Counted from the stretch's first letter, positions 44,646 through 53,984 are shown. The stretch is DNA of 64,000 nt from a virus (IMGVR_UViG_3300009826_000003:2081-66080); one strand, 5' to 3'. Program-made: numbers and translations. The notes: generated from the letters alone by a model not told the origin.

Positions 44646-44891
44646 TTGAGCGCGAAAGGAAAGATTCATGCATTCCCCCCTGAATCGACCAACCGCGATC
44701 ATGGGTCGGGAGTCCCGGCAAAATCGACCCTTGCCGGGAATTCCCGATTTTCGAAAGCTATTGCTAGGCTTCCTCTTTCTGATCCATTCTTCTTACAAGA
44801 ATTGCATTTCTTTTCGGGAGTGGATTTATCCGGTAGGGTCAAATTATCAGCGCACACTCTCAGCAATCCCCTTTTGAGAAAGCAGGAATAA
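44646..44891 (+). CDS. Possible hypothetical protein
   Basis: TTG start with GGAGG; TAATG overlap; overlaps a strong hairpin. Confidence 0.35.
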   Translation: MSAKGKIHAFPPESTNRDHGSGVPAKSTLAGNSRFSKAIARLPLSDPFFLQELHFFSGVDLSGRVKLSAHTLSNPLLRKQE

Positions 44892-45628
44892 TGGTATTTC
44901 TTTACAAGGCAACTTTGCACAGGGTTGTCTCTCCGGTCACGTTATCGGTGAATTTGGATTTGGGGTTTAATCTGGTTAAGACGCAATTGATTCGCCTAAA
45001 TGGTGTTTCGATGCCAGCTACGTCAGAAGCGAAGGCGAAAGCTGTTGCTATCATTGATGATTGGCTCAATAGGCATCCGATTTTCGTTGTCCACACTCTT
45101 CAGAGCAGGGAGCCTTTTGGTCGCTTTTTCGGTACCGTTTACAGCAGGTGGGGAACTTCGCTCAACCGTAAATTGGTGAGAGCTGGTGTGGCACAAGAGA
45201 TTCCAGACGCGGAAATCCCCACAGACGAACCGGAAGAGGATTTGGATTCTGTTATCTGTGAAGTGGTTTCAGACGACGAATTGCCGGAAATTGTCCAAGA
45301 GCCAGAAGACGAACCGGAAGAGGACCGCGAACCGGAAATAGACGAAGATGAGCTAGTGGCCGAAGATGACGAATCTGATGGTACAGATGCTCTAAAGGAT
45401 TCTATGGCTTCTGAAGTGCAAGATTTCGGAGAACAGGAATTGACTGGTGAACCGGAAGATTTGCTAGAAGAAATGGACGAAGCCGAATTGATTGATGAAA
45501 TCAGAGAGGAATTGCCACGTCGCAGGCGTTGGCGGTTGAAATCTGCCGATAGAGGCGCGAAAACGCAAGTGCCAGAAGGCGATCCGCACGAAGCTGACCC
45601 AATTTCAGCAGAGGCGGAGACTCCGTGA
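44891..45628 (+). CDS. Staphylococcal-nuclease-like fold (degenerate active site) with acidic tail
   Basis: VVSPVTL..DLGF...IRLNGV..P...EPFGRFFGTVY...SLNRKLVRAG. Confidence 0.6.
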   Translation: MVFLYKATLHRVVSPVTLSVNLDLGFNLVKTQLIRLNGVSMPATSEAKAKAVAIIDDWLNRHPIFVVHTLQSREPFGRFFGTVYSRWGTSLNRKLVRAGVAQEIPDAEIPTDEPEEDLDSVICEVVSDDELPEIVQEPEDEPEEDREPEIDEDELVAEDDESDGTDALKDSMASEVQDFGEQELTGEPEDLLEEMDEAELIDEIREELPRRRRWRLKSADRGAKTQVPEGDPHEADPISAEAETP

Positions 45629-45764
45629 TCTACTTTGAAGCCTCATGCCTGCGATCAATGAATTTTCAAGGGAGACAGGACAATTCCATCAGCACCAGTA
45701 GTCAAGACGGTTGGCGACGTGATACGGCACGTTGCACCGAATTCAGCAAGAAAGAAAAGGAAAA

Positions 45765-45851
45765 ATGGCAAAAAAGGGAAAGCTAAGCAACTTCGGCGGA
45801 AAAAAGGCACAGCCCTATAAAAAGGGTGGCGGTCGCAAAAAGAAGGGATAA
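45765..45851 (+). CDS. 28-aa Lys/Gly-rich microprotein
   Basis: MAKKGKLSNFGGKKAQPYKKGGGRKKKG with AAGGA RBS. Confidence 0.6.
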   Translation: MAKKGKLSNFGGKKAQPYKKGGGRKKKG

Positions 45852-45879
45852 CGCCGAAAACCGTTGAAAGACAAGGGAA

Positions 45880-47424
45880 TTGGCGACACTCGACAAATGG
45901 GCCATCTATGACCATCCGCTAATAGCTTGGGAGCCTAACGCGGGACAGTTAGAGATTGCCGAAAACAATTGTCGTCACCAAGTCCTTTGCGCGGGAAGAC
46001 GTTTCGGTAAATCGCGCTGTGGAGCGATGAAGATTGTTCCCGAAATCTTTTATACCAAGCCACTTTCCAGCACGCTTTTAGAGAAGGGTCAACGTCGCGA
46101 ATTCTGGATAGTAGGACCGGAATATTCGGACTCCGAAAAGGAATTTCGCGTAATTTGGAATATTGTTAAAAAGCTCGAAATGCCAATGGAAAAGGGCAGT
46201 TACAACAATCTCGAATCAGGAGATATGCAAATTGTCTTATGGGATGGGACGTTTGTTGTTGCAGCTAAATCCGCGCGCTACCCTGATCGCCTTGTGGGAG
46301 AAGGACTTTCAGGCGTTATTTTGGCAGAAGCCGCAAAGCTCAAACGCAATTTGTGGACAAAGCATATTCGTCCTGCCCTTTCTGACTTTAACGGTTGGTC
46401 TTTCCATTCCTCCACACCAGAGGGAAAGAATTGGTTTTATGAACTATTCACGCGCGCAATTGACCCAGAGAATACGGAATGGTCTGGTTGGAAAATGCCA
46501 GCGTGGAGAAATCCCTACGTTTATCGGCAACCTACTTTAGACGAACACGTCGCGAAACTCCTTGAATTGCAACGGACTTCCTACGAATCCGTTTTCAAAT
46601 TGAAAAGAGACCATAATCTCCAAATTGACTCAGAGATTATGGATGAGATAAATGACCTTACGCCAGAGGCTTTCAAGCAAGAAATAGGCGCGGATTTCAC
46701 CGAATACGTTGGTCGCGTATTCAACGAATTTGATGAAGACATCCACGTTTCCTCTTTGAATTACAATCCGGCCTGGCAATCATTCGGCGCGGTAGACTAC
46801 GGATACACCAATCCTAGCGTTTGGTTATTGGTGCAAATTGGTCCGTGGGGAGAAATCAACGTGCTTAATGAAGTGTACGAAGAGGGTTTGGCCCCAACGG
46901 ATTTCGCGGATTTGATCCTTTATCGTAATCTGCGACCTTCCAATATGACTTGCTTTTATGCTGACCCTGCCGACCCTGGCGCGTCCCGCATTCTTGAAAG
47001 CAAGTTACAAATTCGCTCCAAGCCTCATACGGGCGGAGAATTGCAGGTCCGCTTGCGGCAGATTCGAAAAGCGTTGCGCGAGACCAGAAACGTGATACCG
47101 GAATACTGGATGCCGGATGAGCCGATACCGGGATCAAATAGGCCGCGCTTAATGTTTGATCGCAAATGCAAAAGGACAATTCAAGATTTCCTCAATTATC
47201 GTTATCCTGAATTGAAAACCGAAGTCTCCGAAGTCACCGAAAAGCCAATGAAAAAGGATGACCACGGACCAGAAGCGTTGGGACGCTTGTTCGCTGGCCT
47301 ATGGGGAGCAGAAGACAAGCCAAAAGGCGCAGTAGTACACCAAGCAACCTTCAAACGTGAAGGGAAACAACAGGTTCCAGCAGGGCCAGTCTTTCTAGAT
47401 GCCCTCGCAAATTGGCGCAGATAG
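45880..47424 (+). CDS. terL: Terminase large subunit
   Basis: AGRRFGKS Walker A, ILAEAA Walker B, STP, GAVDYG and DDHGPEA nuclease motifs. Confidence 0.93.
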   Translation: MATLDKWAIYDHPLIAWEPNAGQLEIAENNCRHQVLCAGRRFGKSRCGAMKIVPEIFYTKPLSSTLLEKGQRREFWIVGPEYSDSEKEFRVIWNIVKKLEMPMEKGSYNNLESGDMQIVLWDGTFVVAAKSARYPDRLVGEGLSGVILAEAAKLKRNLWTKHIRPALSDFNGWSFHSSTPEGKNWFYELFTRAIDPENTEWSGWKMPAWRNPYVYRQPTLDEHVAKLLELQRTSYESVFKLKRDHNLQIDSEIMDEINDLTPEAFKQEIGADFTEYVGRVFNEFDEDIHVSSLNYNPAWQSFGAVDYGYTNPSVWLLVQIGPWGEINVLNEVYEEGLAPTDFADLILYRNLRPSNMTCFYADPADPGASRILESKLQIRSKPHTGGELQVRLRQIRKALRETRNVIPEYWMPDEPIPGSNRPRLMFDRKCKRTIQDFLNYRYPELKTEVSEVTEKPMKKDDHGPEALGRLFAGLWGAEDKPKGAVVHQATFKREGKQQVPAGPVFLDALANWRR

Positions 47425-47445
47425 AAACATTACCAGGGAGACATT

Positions 47446-47886
47446 ATGCCGAAGCGTGGATGGTCAGACGCAGCTAGAGCGAAATCCCTTGCGGTTAGAC
47501 GTGCTAAAGCAACGGGAAAACCTGTTGGAAAAAGCACTATTGTTTATCACCATACAACGCCAGCAAATGCGGCAAAGATAATGAAAGGCGGTTTCAAATC
47601 TGGAAAGGTAATGGCAGGGGATAGAAACATCTATTTCTCAAATGTTAAGCGCGGAGCAGCAGGTATGTTTGGGCCAACTGCAATAGGTGTGAAAGTGCCA
47701 CGTCGCAAATTGAAAAAGGACACAAACGCATTTGCGGGAGCACCAGGCATAGTTAAAGCTGTAAAGGGTGAAAAGTGGTATAAGGCACCAGCTTCCAGCT
47801 TAAAAAACGCGCAAATTAAATCGGTAAGTGGCAAGAGGACGCGAAAACGCAAGCGCCGCAAGACATTAAGCTTAGAAACGTTGTGA
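47446..47886 (+). CDS. Basic protein with WSDAAR tag and ADP-ribosyltransferase-like core
   Basis: MPKRGWSDAARAKSLAVRRAK; VYHHTTPANAAKIMKGGF...IYFS...GEKWY. Confidence 0.6.
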   Translation: MPKRGWSDAARAKSLAVRRAKATGKPVGKSTIVYHHTTPANAAKIMKGGFKSGKVMAGDRNIYFSNVKRGAAGMFGPTAIGVKVPRRKLKKDTNAFAGAPGIVKAVKGEKWYKAPASSLKNAQIKSVSGKRTRKRKRRKTLSLETL

Positions 47887-47890
47887 TGAA

Positions 47891-49387
47891 ATGCCTTACA
47901 TACCAAGACAATACGATTCCGCCAAAGACTTTCGGAGTCAGAAGGCGATTCCGAATATTGTTGATGACATGGACGCGCAACGCATCCATTCTTATCAGCT
48001 TTATGACGATTTCTATTACAACCGGCCTGAGACCTTTTGCGTGACAGTTCGCGAGAATTCAGATACCGAAATCTATTTGCCGTCAACAAAGAAGATCGTT
48101 AATGCGACCGCGCGATTCCTCGCGGTCGATTTCAATTTCACCCTCAAGGGCGGAAGTATCGACCAGGTAGAAAACTTCTTGCACAATCTCTTTGCGCGAG
48201 AAGAGATTATGCGCCGCTTTATTCGTGGCAAGCGCTCCATGCTGACGCGCGGAGACTTGGTTTGGTACATAACCGCAGACCCAGACAAACCAGAGGGAAA
48301 ACGGTTGACAGTCAACACAATTCACCCTGGCAACGTCTTCCCAATAGAACATCCCGACGATGACACGCGCGTAATCGGTTGGCACATAGTCGATTTGGTC
48401 TCTGACCCTCGCGATAAAGATGATCCAGATAAACAGGTGGCTAGACGACAGACCTACAGGCGGAATGCCAGCGGCGAAATCACTTATGAGGCAGCAACTT
48501 TCGAAATTGGTACATGGGATGACCGAAATCTGAAAAAGGACGAAATCAAGCCGGTCTCAATCATCAAAAAGCAATTCACGTTGCCGCGCGAAATCACTGC
48601 GTTTCCAGTGTATTTGGTGCCTAATCACGAACCTGATGGTAGCTCTTGGGGAATGTCATTGGTCGCAGGCATGGAATACATCATAAACGCTCTGAATCAG
48701 TCTATAACCTACGAAGATTTGACGTTGGTGTTACAGGGTTTAGGTCTTTATGTTTCGACTGCTGGACCTCCTATAGACGCAGCAACCGGAAAAGCCGGAA
48801 AATACAAATTGCATCCTGGTAATGTTGTCGAAATAGAACACGATGACGATTTCAAAAGGGTTACCGGAGTAACTAGTTTATCGCCATTCCAAGAGCACAT
48901 AAACGCTTTAGATCGTTGGGGAATGGATGGCTGTGGCGTGCCTGATATGGCTACTGGCTCAATAGAAGTCAGCGTAGCGCAGAGCGGAATTGCGCTGGCG
49001 CTGAAAATGGGACCAATTATTGCGGAGAATTCAGACCGTGAATTGGCATTAGGTGGTAAATGGGACCAAATAGGATATGACCTCATAAATGGATGGATGC
49101 CTGCTTATGAGGGAATTCGTTCCGATACCGAATTCAAAGCGATATTTGGCGATCCAATGCCGATTAACCGTGAAGCCTATATTAACGAATTAATCCAATT
49201 ATCGGTAATGAATTTGATTACGCTTGATGAGGTCCGCGAAAAGCTCGAAGTAATTGGTTATGAGAATACTGCTGGTGTTGTCGAACAGCTTTACGAACAA
49301 ATGGAAAGGCGCGCAATTTCGAATTCAGGCGGAGCTTTCATGGAAGAAACGCCGAATCCCCAAGAGGAACAACAATATTCGGAGTGA
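47891..49387 (+). CDS. Portal protein
   Basis: 498 aa after terL; SGIALALKMGPI motif near the C-terminus. Confidence 0.85.
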   Translation: MPYIPRQYDSAKDFRSQKAIPNIVDDMDAQRIHSYQLYDDFYYNRPETFCVTVRENSDTEIYLPSTKKIVNATARFLAVDFNFTLKGGSIDQVENFLHNLFAREEIMRRFIRGKRSMLTRGDLVWYITADPDKPEGKRLTVNTIHPGNVFPIEHPDDDTRVIGWHIVDLVSDPRDKDDPDKQVARRQTYRRNASGEITYEAATFEIGTWDDRNLKKDEIKPVSIIKKQFTLPREITAFPVYLVPNHEPDGSSWGMSLVAGMEYIINALNQSITYEDLTLVLQGLGLYVSTAGPPIDAATGKAGKYKLHPGNVVEIEHDDDFKRVTGVTSLSPFQEHINALDRWGMDGCGVPDMATGSIEVSVAQSGIALALKMGPIIAENSDRELALGGKWDQIGYDLINGWMPAYEGIRSDTEFKAIFGDPMPINREAYINELIQLSVMNLITLDEVREKLEVIGYENTAGVVEQLYEQMERRAISNSGGAFMEETPNPQEEQQYSE

Positions 49388-49391
49388 TGAA

Positions 49392-49730
49392 ATGGCGTGG
49401 ACAGATGCCGCAAGATTAGCCAGCGCCGCCGCGCGAAGGGCGAAAAAAGGCACTGGTATTGGTTCTATGAGCTTTAATCCAAACAAGCATCTTAGAACAC
49501 CAAAGGGGAGAATAAGCAAAACGGGAAAGGCGGCATTAAAGAAGCAATATATAAAACAGGGTGGCAGCAATACATTACGCGGAGGGTTAGGGAAGGCAAA
49601 TAAAAAGAAAAGCGCCGCTTCAGATTCCGCAAAGAATTTGAATAAAACCAAAAAGGCTTATATAAGGCCAACACATACAAGCGGAAAAAGAGTAAAGGGT
49701 GCCACTGGTAGATCAATTAGGATGAGATAG
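49392..49730 (+). CDS. Basic MAWTDAAR-family protein
   Basis: MAWTDAARLASAAARRAK; Lys/Arg-rich; start moved to ATG 49392. Confidence 0.85.
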   Translation: MAWTDAARLASAAARRAKKGTGIGSMSFNPNKHLRTPKGRISKTGKAALKKQYIKQGGSNTLRGGLGKANKKKSAASDSAKNLNKTKKAYIRPTHTSGKRVKGATGRSIRMR

Positions 49731-49734
49731 TGAA

Positions 49735-50466
49735 ATGTCCGAAAGGCCAGAGCTATTCACACTTGAATTTTGGCAAGCCACCATAACCCAAGCGGTACAT
49801 GGAATGGCGGCAGGGGGAATTGGTCCGTTAGTTGCGCATCAAGCGAATTTGATTGGAGATGTCCCTTGGTACGGTATTATGTCATCAATGGCCGCAGGTG
49901 CTTTAATCTCCTTTTTGGGATCGCTTACTACACTTAGGATTCCAGGCCGCGTACCTGGCTCTTTCCTCAAAGAGACCACCGAAGAGGCGCGGGTAGAGCG
50001 AATGGTGTTGCGAGAAGAGGCAATTGCCTTGGAGCGCAAGCGAATTCGAAACGCTATAGAAGACAAGAACTTTGGTGATTATATGGACAGGCATAGAGCG
50101 GACGAACCTCGCGAATATGGCCTAAGCGGTGAGATGCATAGCGTCGAAGGCGAAAACGCTACTTGGACAGACCCTTTCGAAGCTAACCAAAATTGCTCTG
50201 TAACAGACACGGAGGGGAACAAGGTTGCTGAATTCAATAACGAATCGCGGCCTGTTCCAATGCAAGACGTTCCAAGACGCGAACCACCGGAAACCTATGC
50301 GCCACAACGGATTTCGCAAGAGCCAGAGATTTCCGGCCTACCAACTTGGGCACAAACGGAGCGTGATCTAGACATCTATCCCGAAGTGCCTGAGCCACAA
50401 CACAATTCAGAAGAGGATTGGCCGCAGGGCGGAAAGCGCGGAAAACATTCGCAAGGAAAGGAATAA
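49735..50466 (+). CDS. r1t-type holin-like domain fused to a long acidic soluble tail
   Basis: FTLEFWQATITQAV...VPWYGIMSSMAAGALISFLGSL resembles the phage r1t holin family. Confidence 0.55.
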   Translation: MSERPELFTLEFWQATITQAVHGMAAGGIGPLVAHQANLIGDVPWYGIMSSMAAGALISFLGSLTTLRIPGRVPGSFLKETTEEARVERMVLREEAIALERKRIRNAIEDKNFGDYMDRHRADEPREYGLSGEMHSVEGENATWTDPFEANQNCSVTDTEGNKVAEFNNESRPVPMQDVPRREPPETYAPQRISQEPEISGLPTWAQTERDLDIYPEVPEPQHNSEEDWPQGGKRGKHSQGKE

Positions 50467-50471
50467 GGAAA

Positions 50472-50696
50472 ATGGTAACAACTGCATTAGTGTGGTTTCT
50501 CTGGATCGCTTTATCCGTTTTGATTGTGCTTGTGTTGGTTGAATTGTTTGCTACCGCAACAGCAATCAAGGTGATTAAGCACGTCGAAACAATTGAAGAC
50601 GAATACCGTTCACATTCGCGTGTCACCTATCGGTATCCTGAGCCAAACCAGGTGAAATTGCAAGAGTCACCGACCATTCACCCTCAAGAAGACTGA
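50472..50696 (+). CDS. Small membrane protein
   Basis: Long hydrophobic N-terminal helix. Confidence 0.7.
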   Translation: MVTTALVWFLWIALSVLIVLVLVELFATATAIKVIKHVETIEDEYRSHSRVTYRYPEPNQVKLQESPTIHPQED

Positions 50697-50724
50697 AAAC
50701 TGTTGCTAGAGAAGGGATTTCATC

Positions 50725-51165
50725 ATGGCTTGGACTGATGCGGCTAGGATCGCAAGCGCTGCTGCTAGACGTGCAAAGGGTAAAACTGGACTTCGAAAAG
50801 GAGGAGCTAATCTTAGTCATCGTGGATCAAAAAAGACTTTTCCAACCGCCACAACTGGATATGCAAAATTGAAATCGAATAAGCCAGCAGCATATGGAGT
50901 TAGAGTAAGTGCTAGAACAGGTCAGGGATACCGAAAGGTTGGGAACGCTGTTGGTGTAAAGGCGCCATTTTCTGCCGGTGGAGTTGTAAAGGGTAAAGGA
51001 AAAACTGGATGGAAAAAGCCTAGTCAAATGGGTGCTCCATTAATTAGGACAAAAAACAAGGTGAAAATGAATAAAACTTTTGATTCTCCAAAAGCAATGG
51101 AAAGGGCAAGAAAAGCCAATAAAGGTGCAATGCTTCGGCGCAGGGCAAAACGTCGCAAGGGATAA
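50725..51165 (+). CDS. Basic MAWTDAAR-family protein
   Basis: MAWTDAARIASAAARRAK; Lys/Arg/Gly-rich. Confidence 0.85.
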   Translation: MAWTDAARIASAAARRAKGKTGLRKGGANLSHRGSKKTFPTATTGYAKLKSNKPAAYGVRVSARTGQGYRKVGNAVGVKAPFSAGGVVKGKGKTGWKKPSQMGAPLIRTKNKVKMNKTFDSPKAMERARKANKGAMLRRRAKRRKG

Positions 51166-51193
51166 TATGGGCTATTCGACAGAAGGTGATATT

Positions 51194-51340
51194 GTGCCTT
51201 TCAAATCGAAAGCGCAGCAGCGCTTTGCATTCGGGACGCATCAGCCTTGGGCTAAGACGTGGGCCAGACATACCAAAAGCTTCAAAAAGCTACCTGCTCG
51301 AAAACACAAGCGCCACAAGGGAAGACGAAAGAGGAAGTAA
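51194..51340 (+). CDS. 48-aa basic protein
   Basis: MPFKSKAQQRFAF...RKHKRHKGRRKRK; GTG start after GAAGGTG. Confidence 0.7.
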   Translation: MPFKSKAQQRFAFGTHQPWAKTWARHTKSFKKLPARKHKRHKGRRKRK

Positions 51341-51546
51341 TGCTAGATAGGTTGTGGGAGAAGCTAGCTCAAAAGGTCGCGGTCAGGGTAGGCGAAATTC
51401 TCCAAGCGAATTTGCCGAAGATCATTGAGACCATCGTTAGCACAGTGATAAACGAAGTCTTCAAACGCTATCAAATTCTGGCCCCTACCAACGAAATTCG
51501 AAATACCGTCAACGATATAATGTCTCGAATGGGAATCAGGCGATGA
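51340..51546 (+). CDS. Small hypothetical protein
   Basis: MLDRLWEK..., TAATG overlap. Confidence 0.65.
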   Translation: MLDRLWEKLAQKVAVRVGEILQANLPKIIETIVSTVINEVFKRYQILAPTNEIRNTVNDIMSRMGIRR

Positions 51547-51926
51547 AACGTGATGACATCGTAAAATGGTTGCAGCGCAGGGCAATTCAGGCCGCACCAT
51601 TCGAAGCGTGCGGTTTTATTTTGAACGATGGCGAAATCATCGAGATTCCAAATGGCGCGGAAGACCCTTCGCGTCATTTTTTGATGACCTCTGATGGCTT
51701 GGCGAAAACCCTTAAGCCAGGCCAGATTTCGCGAATTATCGGCATCTGGCATACGCACCCTAAAGGCTCAAATGAGCCTAGCTACACAGACATTCACGCG
51801 ATGAGTATTGGTGCGGTACAACCGGATTGGCTCTATCTGATCGCCACTGGAAGCGCGGTAACCTGGTGGAATCCGAAAGACTATGTGCCACAAGACAATT
51901 CGTTTTGGAATGAATTTGTAGCATGA
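51543..51926 (+). CDS. JAB/MPN+ metalloprotease
   Basis: EACGFI...WHTHPKGSNEPSYTD = E...HxH-x7-S-x2-D. Confidence 0.85.
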   Translation: MKRDDIVKWLQRRAIQAAPFEACGFILNDGEIIEIPNGAEDPSRHFLMTSDGLAKTLKPGQISRIIGIWHTHPKGSNEPSYTDIHAMSIGAVQPDWLYLIATGSAVTWWNPKDYVPQDNSFWNEFVA

Positions 51927-53737
51927 GCGCTCCCTTTTTCGATGATGAAGAGGAATGGGATGAATTCCATGAATTAGAAGGTTTTCCTAGGCCACTAGTA
52001 AAGATGTCTAAGAGGGCCAGGCGCGCACGTTGGCTAGGTGGTCTCCTGGCAGCAAATGCGGTATTTGAAAAGAGCTTAAAAGGCGCATTAAACAAGACTT
52101 CTGGTGCTGTGGCAGAAGCGTTCTCCCCCAAGAGATTTGAAGGACTTTCACCAGAGGCAGAAAAAGCTCAAATTGTGTTGGCGCAGAACGATATTCGGCA
52201 AGATTTGGAAAAGCTTTTCCAGTCCACTCAAGGCTTTGTGGATACTGGAAAGCGCCGCGCGGCAGGGGAATCCGCTAACGCTTCGATGTCTGAGCAGCGC
52301 CATTTAATCGAACGAATTTTTCCCAATCAGAATGACCGGAACAGATACCGGGAATCGTTGCTAGCCACTGCAATTCGGAATCAAGAATCAAGGGAGACCC
52401 GAATCCGTGATACGAAAATTCCTCTCTCACAACAGGTTTGGAAGACACAAGCGCTTTCGCGTGGTCTTGTGGATAAAGTTATTAATGATGGCTTGGCGTC
52501 TGGCAAAGGTTATCGTCAAATTGCTAAAGAGGTCCGACATCTGGTGAATCCTGGTGCGCCAGGCGGTATTTCGTATGCAGCACTTCGCTTGGGACGCACG
52601 GAGATTAACAACGCATTTCACGCGCAGAGCATAGCCGACGCGCGGAACCAACCGTGGATTGACCATATGCGTTGGAATTTGGGAATGAGGCATCACGTTC
52701 CTGATGAATGTGATGAATGGGAAGATAGGTTATTTAGAGCGGACGAAGTGCCACCATTACCTCATCCGAATTGTTGGTGTTACACAACGCCGGAAATGCC
52801 TGATTGGGAAACCTTTTCGCAGAATTTGACAATGGGAGTTTATGACCCTTACATAAATCAGGTAATGGCAGATTGGGATAAAAACGTTGCGGCCAGAGCG
52901 TATGTATTTCGTGATTTTGATACTGGAAAAGAGTACGCAGTCGAAGGACCAGAATGGCGCGTAAGATCGCCAGAGGACTACGCACGGAATAAGGCTGCGC
53001 TAGAACGGATTAACGCAGTATATCCAGAATTGCATGGTGGCTTTTATGGCGTGTCAATTCCTGGCCAGCGCGGAACAACAATTGATCCGCGCTCAACAGA
53101 AGAATTGGCGGAAGCCGTCGAAACAATGGCCAAGAAATATCCAGATGTTAAATTGCTGCGCTTGGGATTTGGTGATACCGGAAAGGATTATGGCATTACA
53201 TTTTGCTCTGATCCTAATGGCTCTGTAACTGTGCCGACAAAATGGGGAACTGAATTACCAATTCCAAATTCATATTACAGTCGAATTGTGCTGAATCAGG
53301 ATATGGCTAAAGAGTATTCTGGATGGTGGGAAAAGGCTAAAAGCGATGAAATGTCGCGATTTCACACTGTAGGCGCGGCTTCTCAACCTATTCTGTCCAC
53401 CTATTACCATGAATTCGGTCACGCAATGGTTAATGCGTTGGGTAACAAGGGGTTACCGGACGCTAAACCGCCTGACATGATTACCGGAGTACAGGTGAAT
53501 AGAGCGGTAAAGGACGCATGGAAAGCGCAAAAGACATCTGTTCCGTATAAGGAATGGATTAGAAACAATTTGTCTGGTTATTCATTTCAGAAAAGAGGGA
53601 GTCATTTACTTGATAAAGACGAAGCATTAGCGGAGGCATTCGATGTTGTGGAGCGGTTAGGCAAAGAGGGGGCCACTCCTGCTGAATGGGCATTGCATAA
53701 ACTACTAACAGATAGGTACAAGGCACGTTATGGGTAG
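51923..53737 (+). CDS. MuF-like minor capsid protein fused to zincin metallopeptidase domain
   Basis: RLGRTEINNA...HPNCWC (MuF/SPP1 gp7-like); HEFGH...EALAEAF (zincin). Confidence 0.8.
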   Translation: MSAPFFDDEEEWDEFHELEGFPRPLVKMSKRARRARWLGGLLAANAVFEKSLKGALNKTSGAVAEAFSPKRFEGLSPEAEKAQIVLAQNDIRQDLEKLFQSTQGFVDTGKRRAAGESANASMSEQRHLIERIFPNQNDRNRYRESLLATAIRNQESRETRIRDTKIPLSQQVWKTQALSRGLVDKVINDGLASGKGYRQIAKEVRHLVNPGAPGGISYAALRLGRTEINNAFHAQSIADARNQPWIDHMRWNLGMRHHVPDECDEWEDRLFRADEVPPLPHPNCWCYTTPEMPDWETFSQNLTMGVYDPYINQVMADWDKNVAARAYVFRDFDTGKEYAVEGPEWRVRSPEDYARNKAALERINAVYPELHGGFYGVSIPGQRGTTIDPRSTEELAEAVETMAKKYPDVKLLRLGFGDTGKDYGITFCSDPNGSVTVPTKWGTELPIPNSYYSRIVLNQDMAKEYSGWWEKAKSDEMSRFHTVGAASQPILSTYYHEFGHAMVNALGNKGLPDAKPPDMITGVQVNRAVKDAWKAQKTSVPYKEWIRNNLSGYSFQKRGSHLLDKDEALAEAFDVVERLGKEGATPAEWALHKLLTDRYKARYG

Positions 53738-53984
53738 ACGAAAGCACTTGTCTAACATAGAGATTCAGGCCAACTTTGATGAATGGCTCAAAAAGGCGAT
53801 GAAGGGAGAATATCCGCGTGCTGAATTAGGATTAGAGGAAGAGGTAATTGCTGCGCTGACGGCAATTGCGTACAGATTTCCAAACTTCAGAAATGAAGAC
53901 ATCAGAATTGCAAGAGAGCAATTCCAGAAGCAGAAGCGCGGAGACTTCCGCCGCGAAGAGGAACGGACGCTGAAAAGACTGTGA
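53730..53984 (+). CDS. Small hypothetical protein (possible partner of the MuF fusion)
   Basis: 84 aa overlapping the MuF stop. Confidence 0.65.
   Translation: MGRRKHLSNIEIQANFDEWLKKAMKGEYPRAELGLEEEVIAALTAIAYRFPNFRNEDIRIAREQFQKQKRGDFRREEERTLKRL

Noticed and set aside
18430-52120. Recurring TGTGGCAGA as a stoperator-like site
   Set aside because: At least four of about seven copies are in-frame GTG GCA GAA (Val-Ala-Glu) codons, so coding bias is sufficient.
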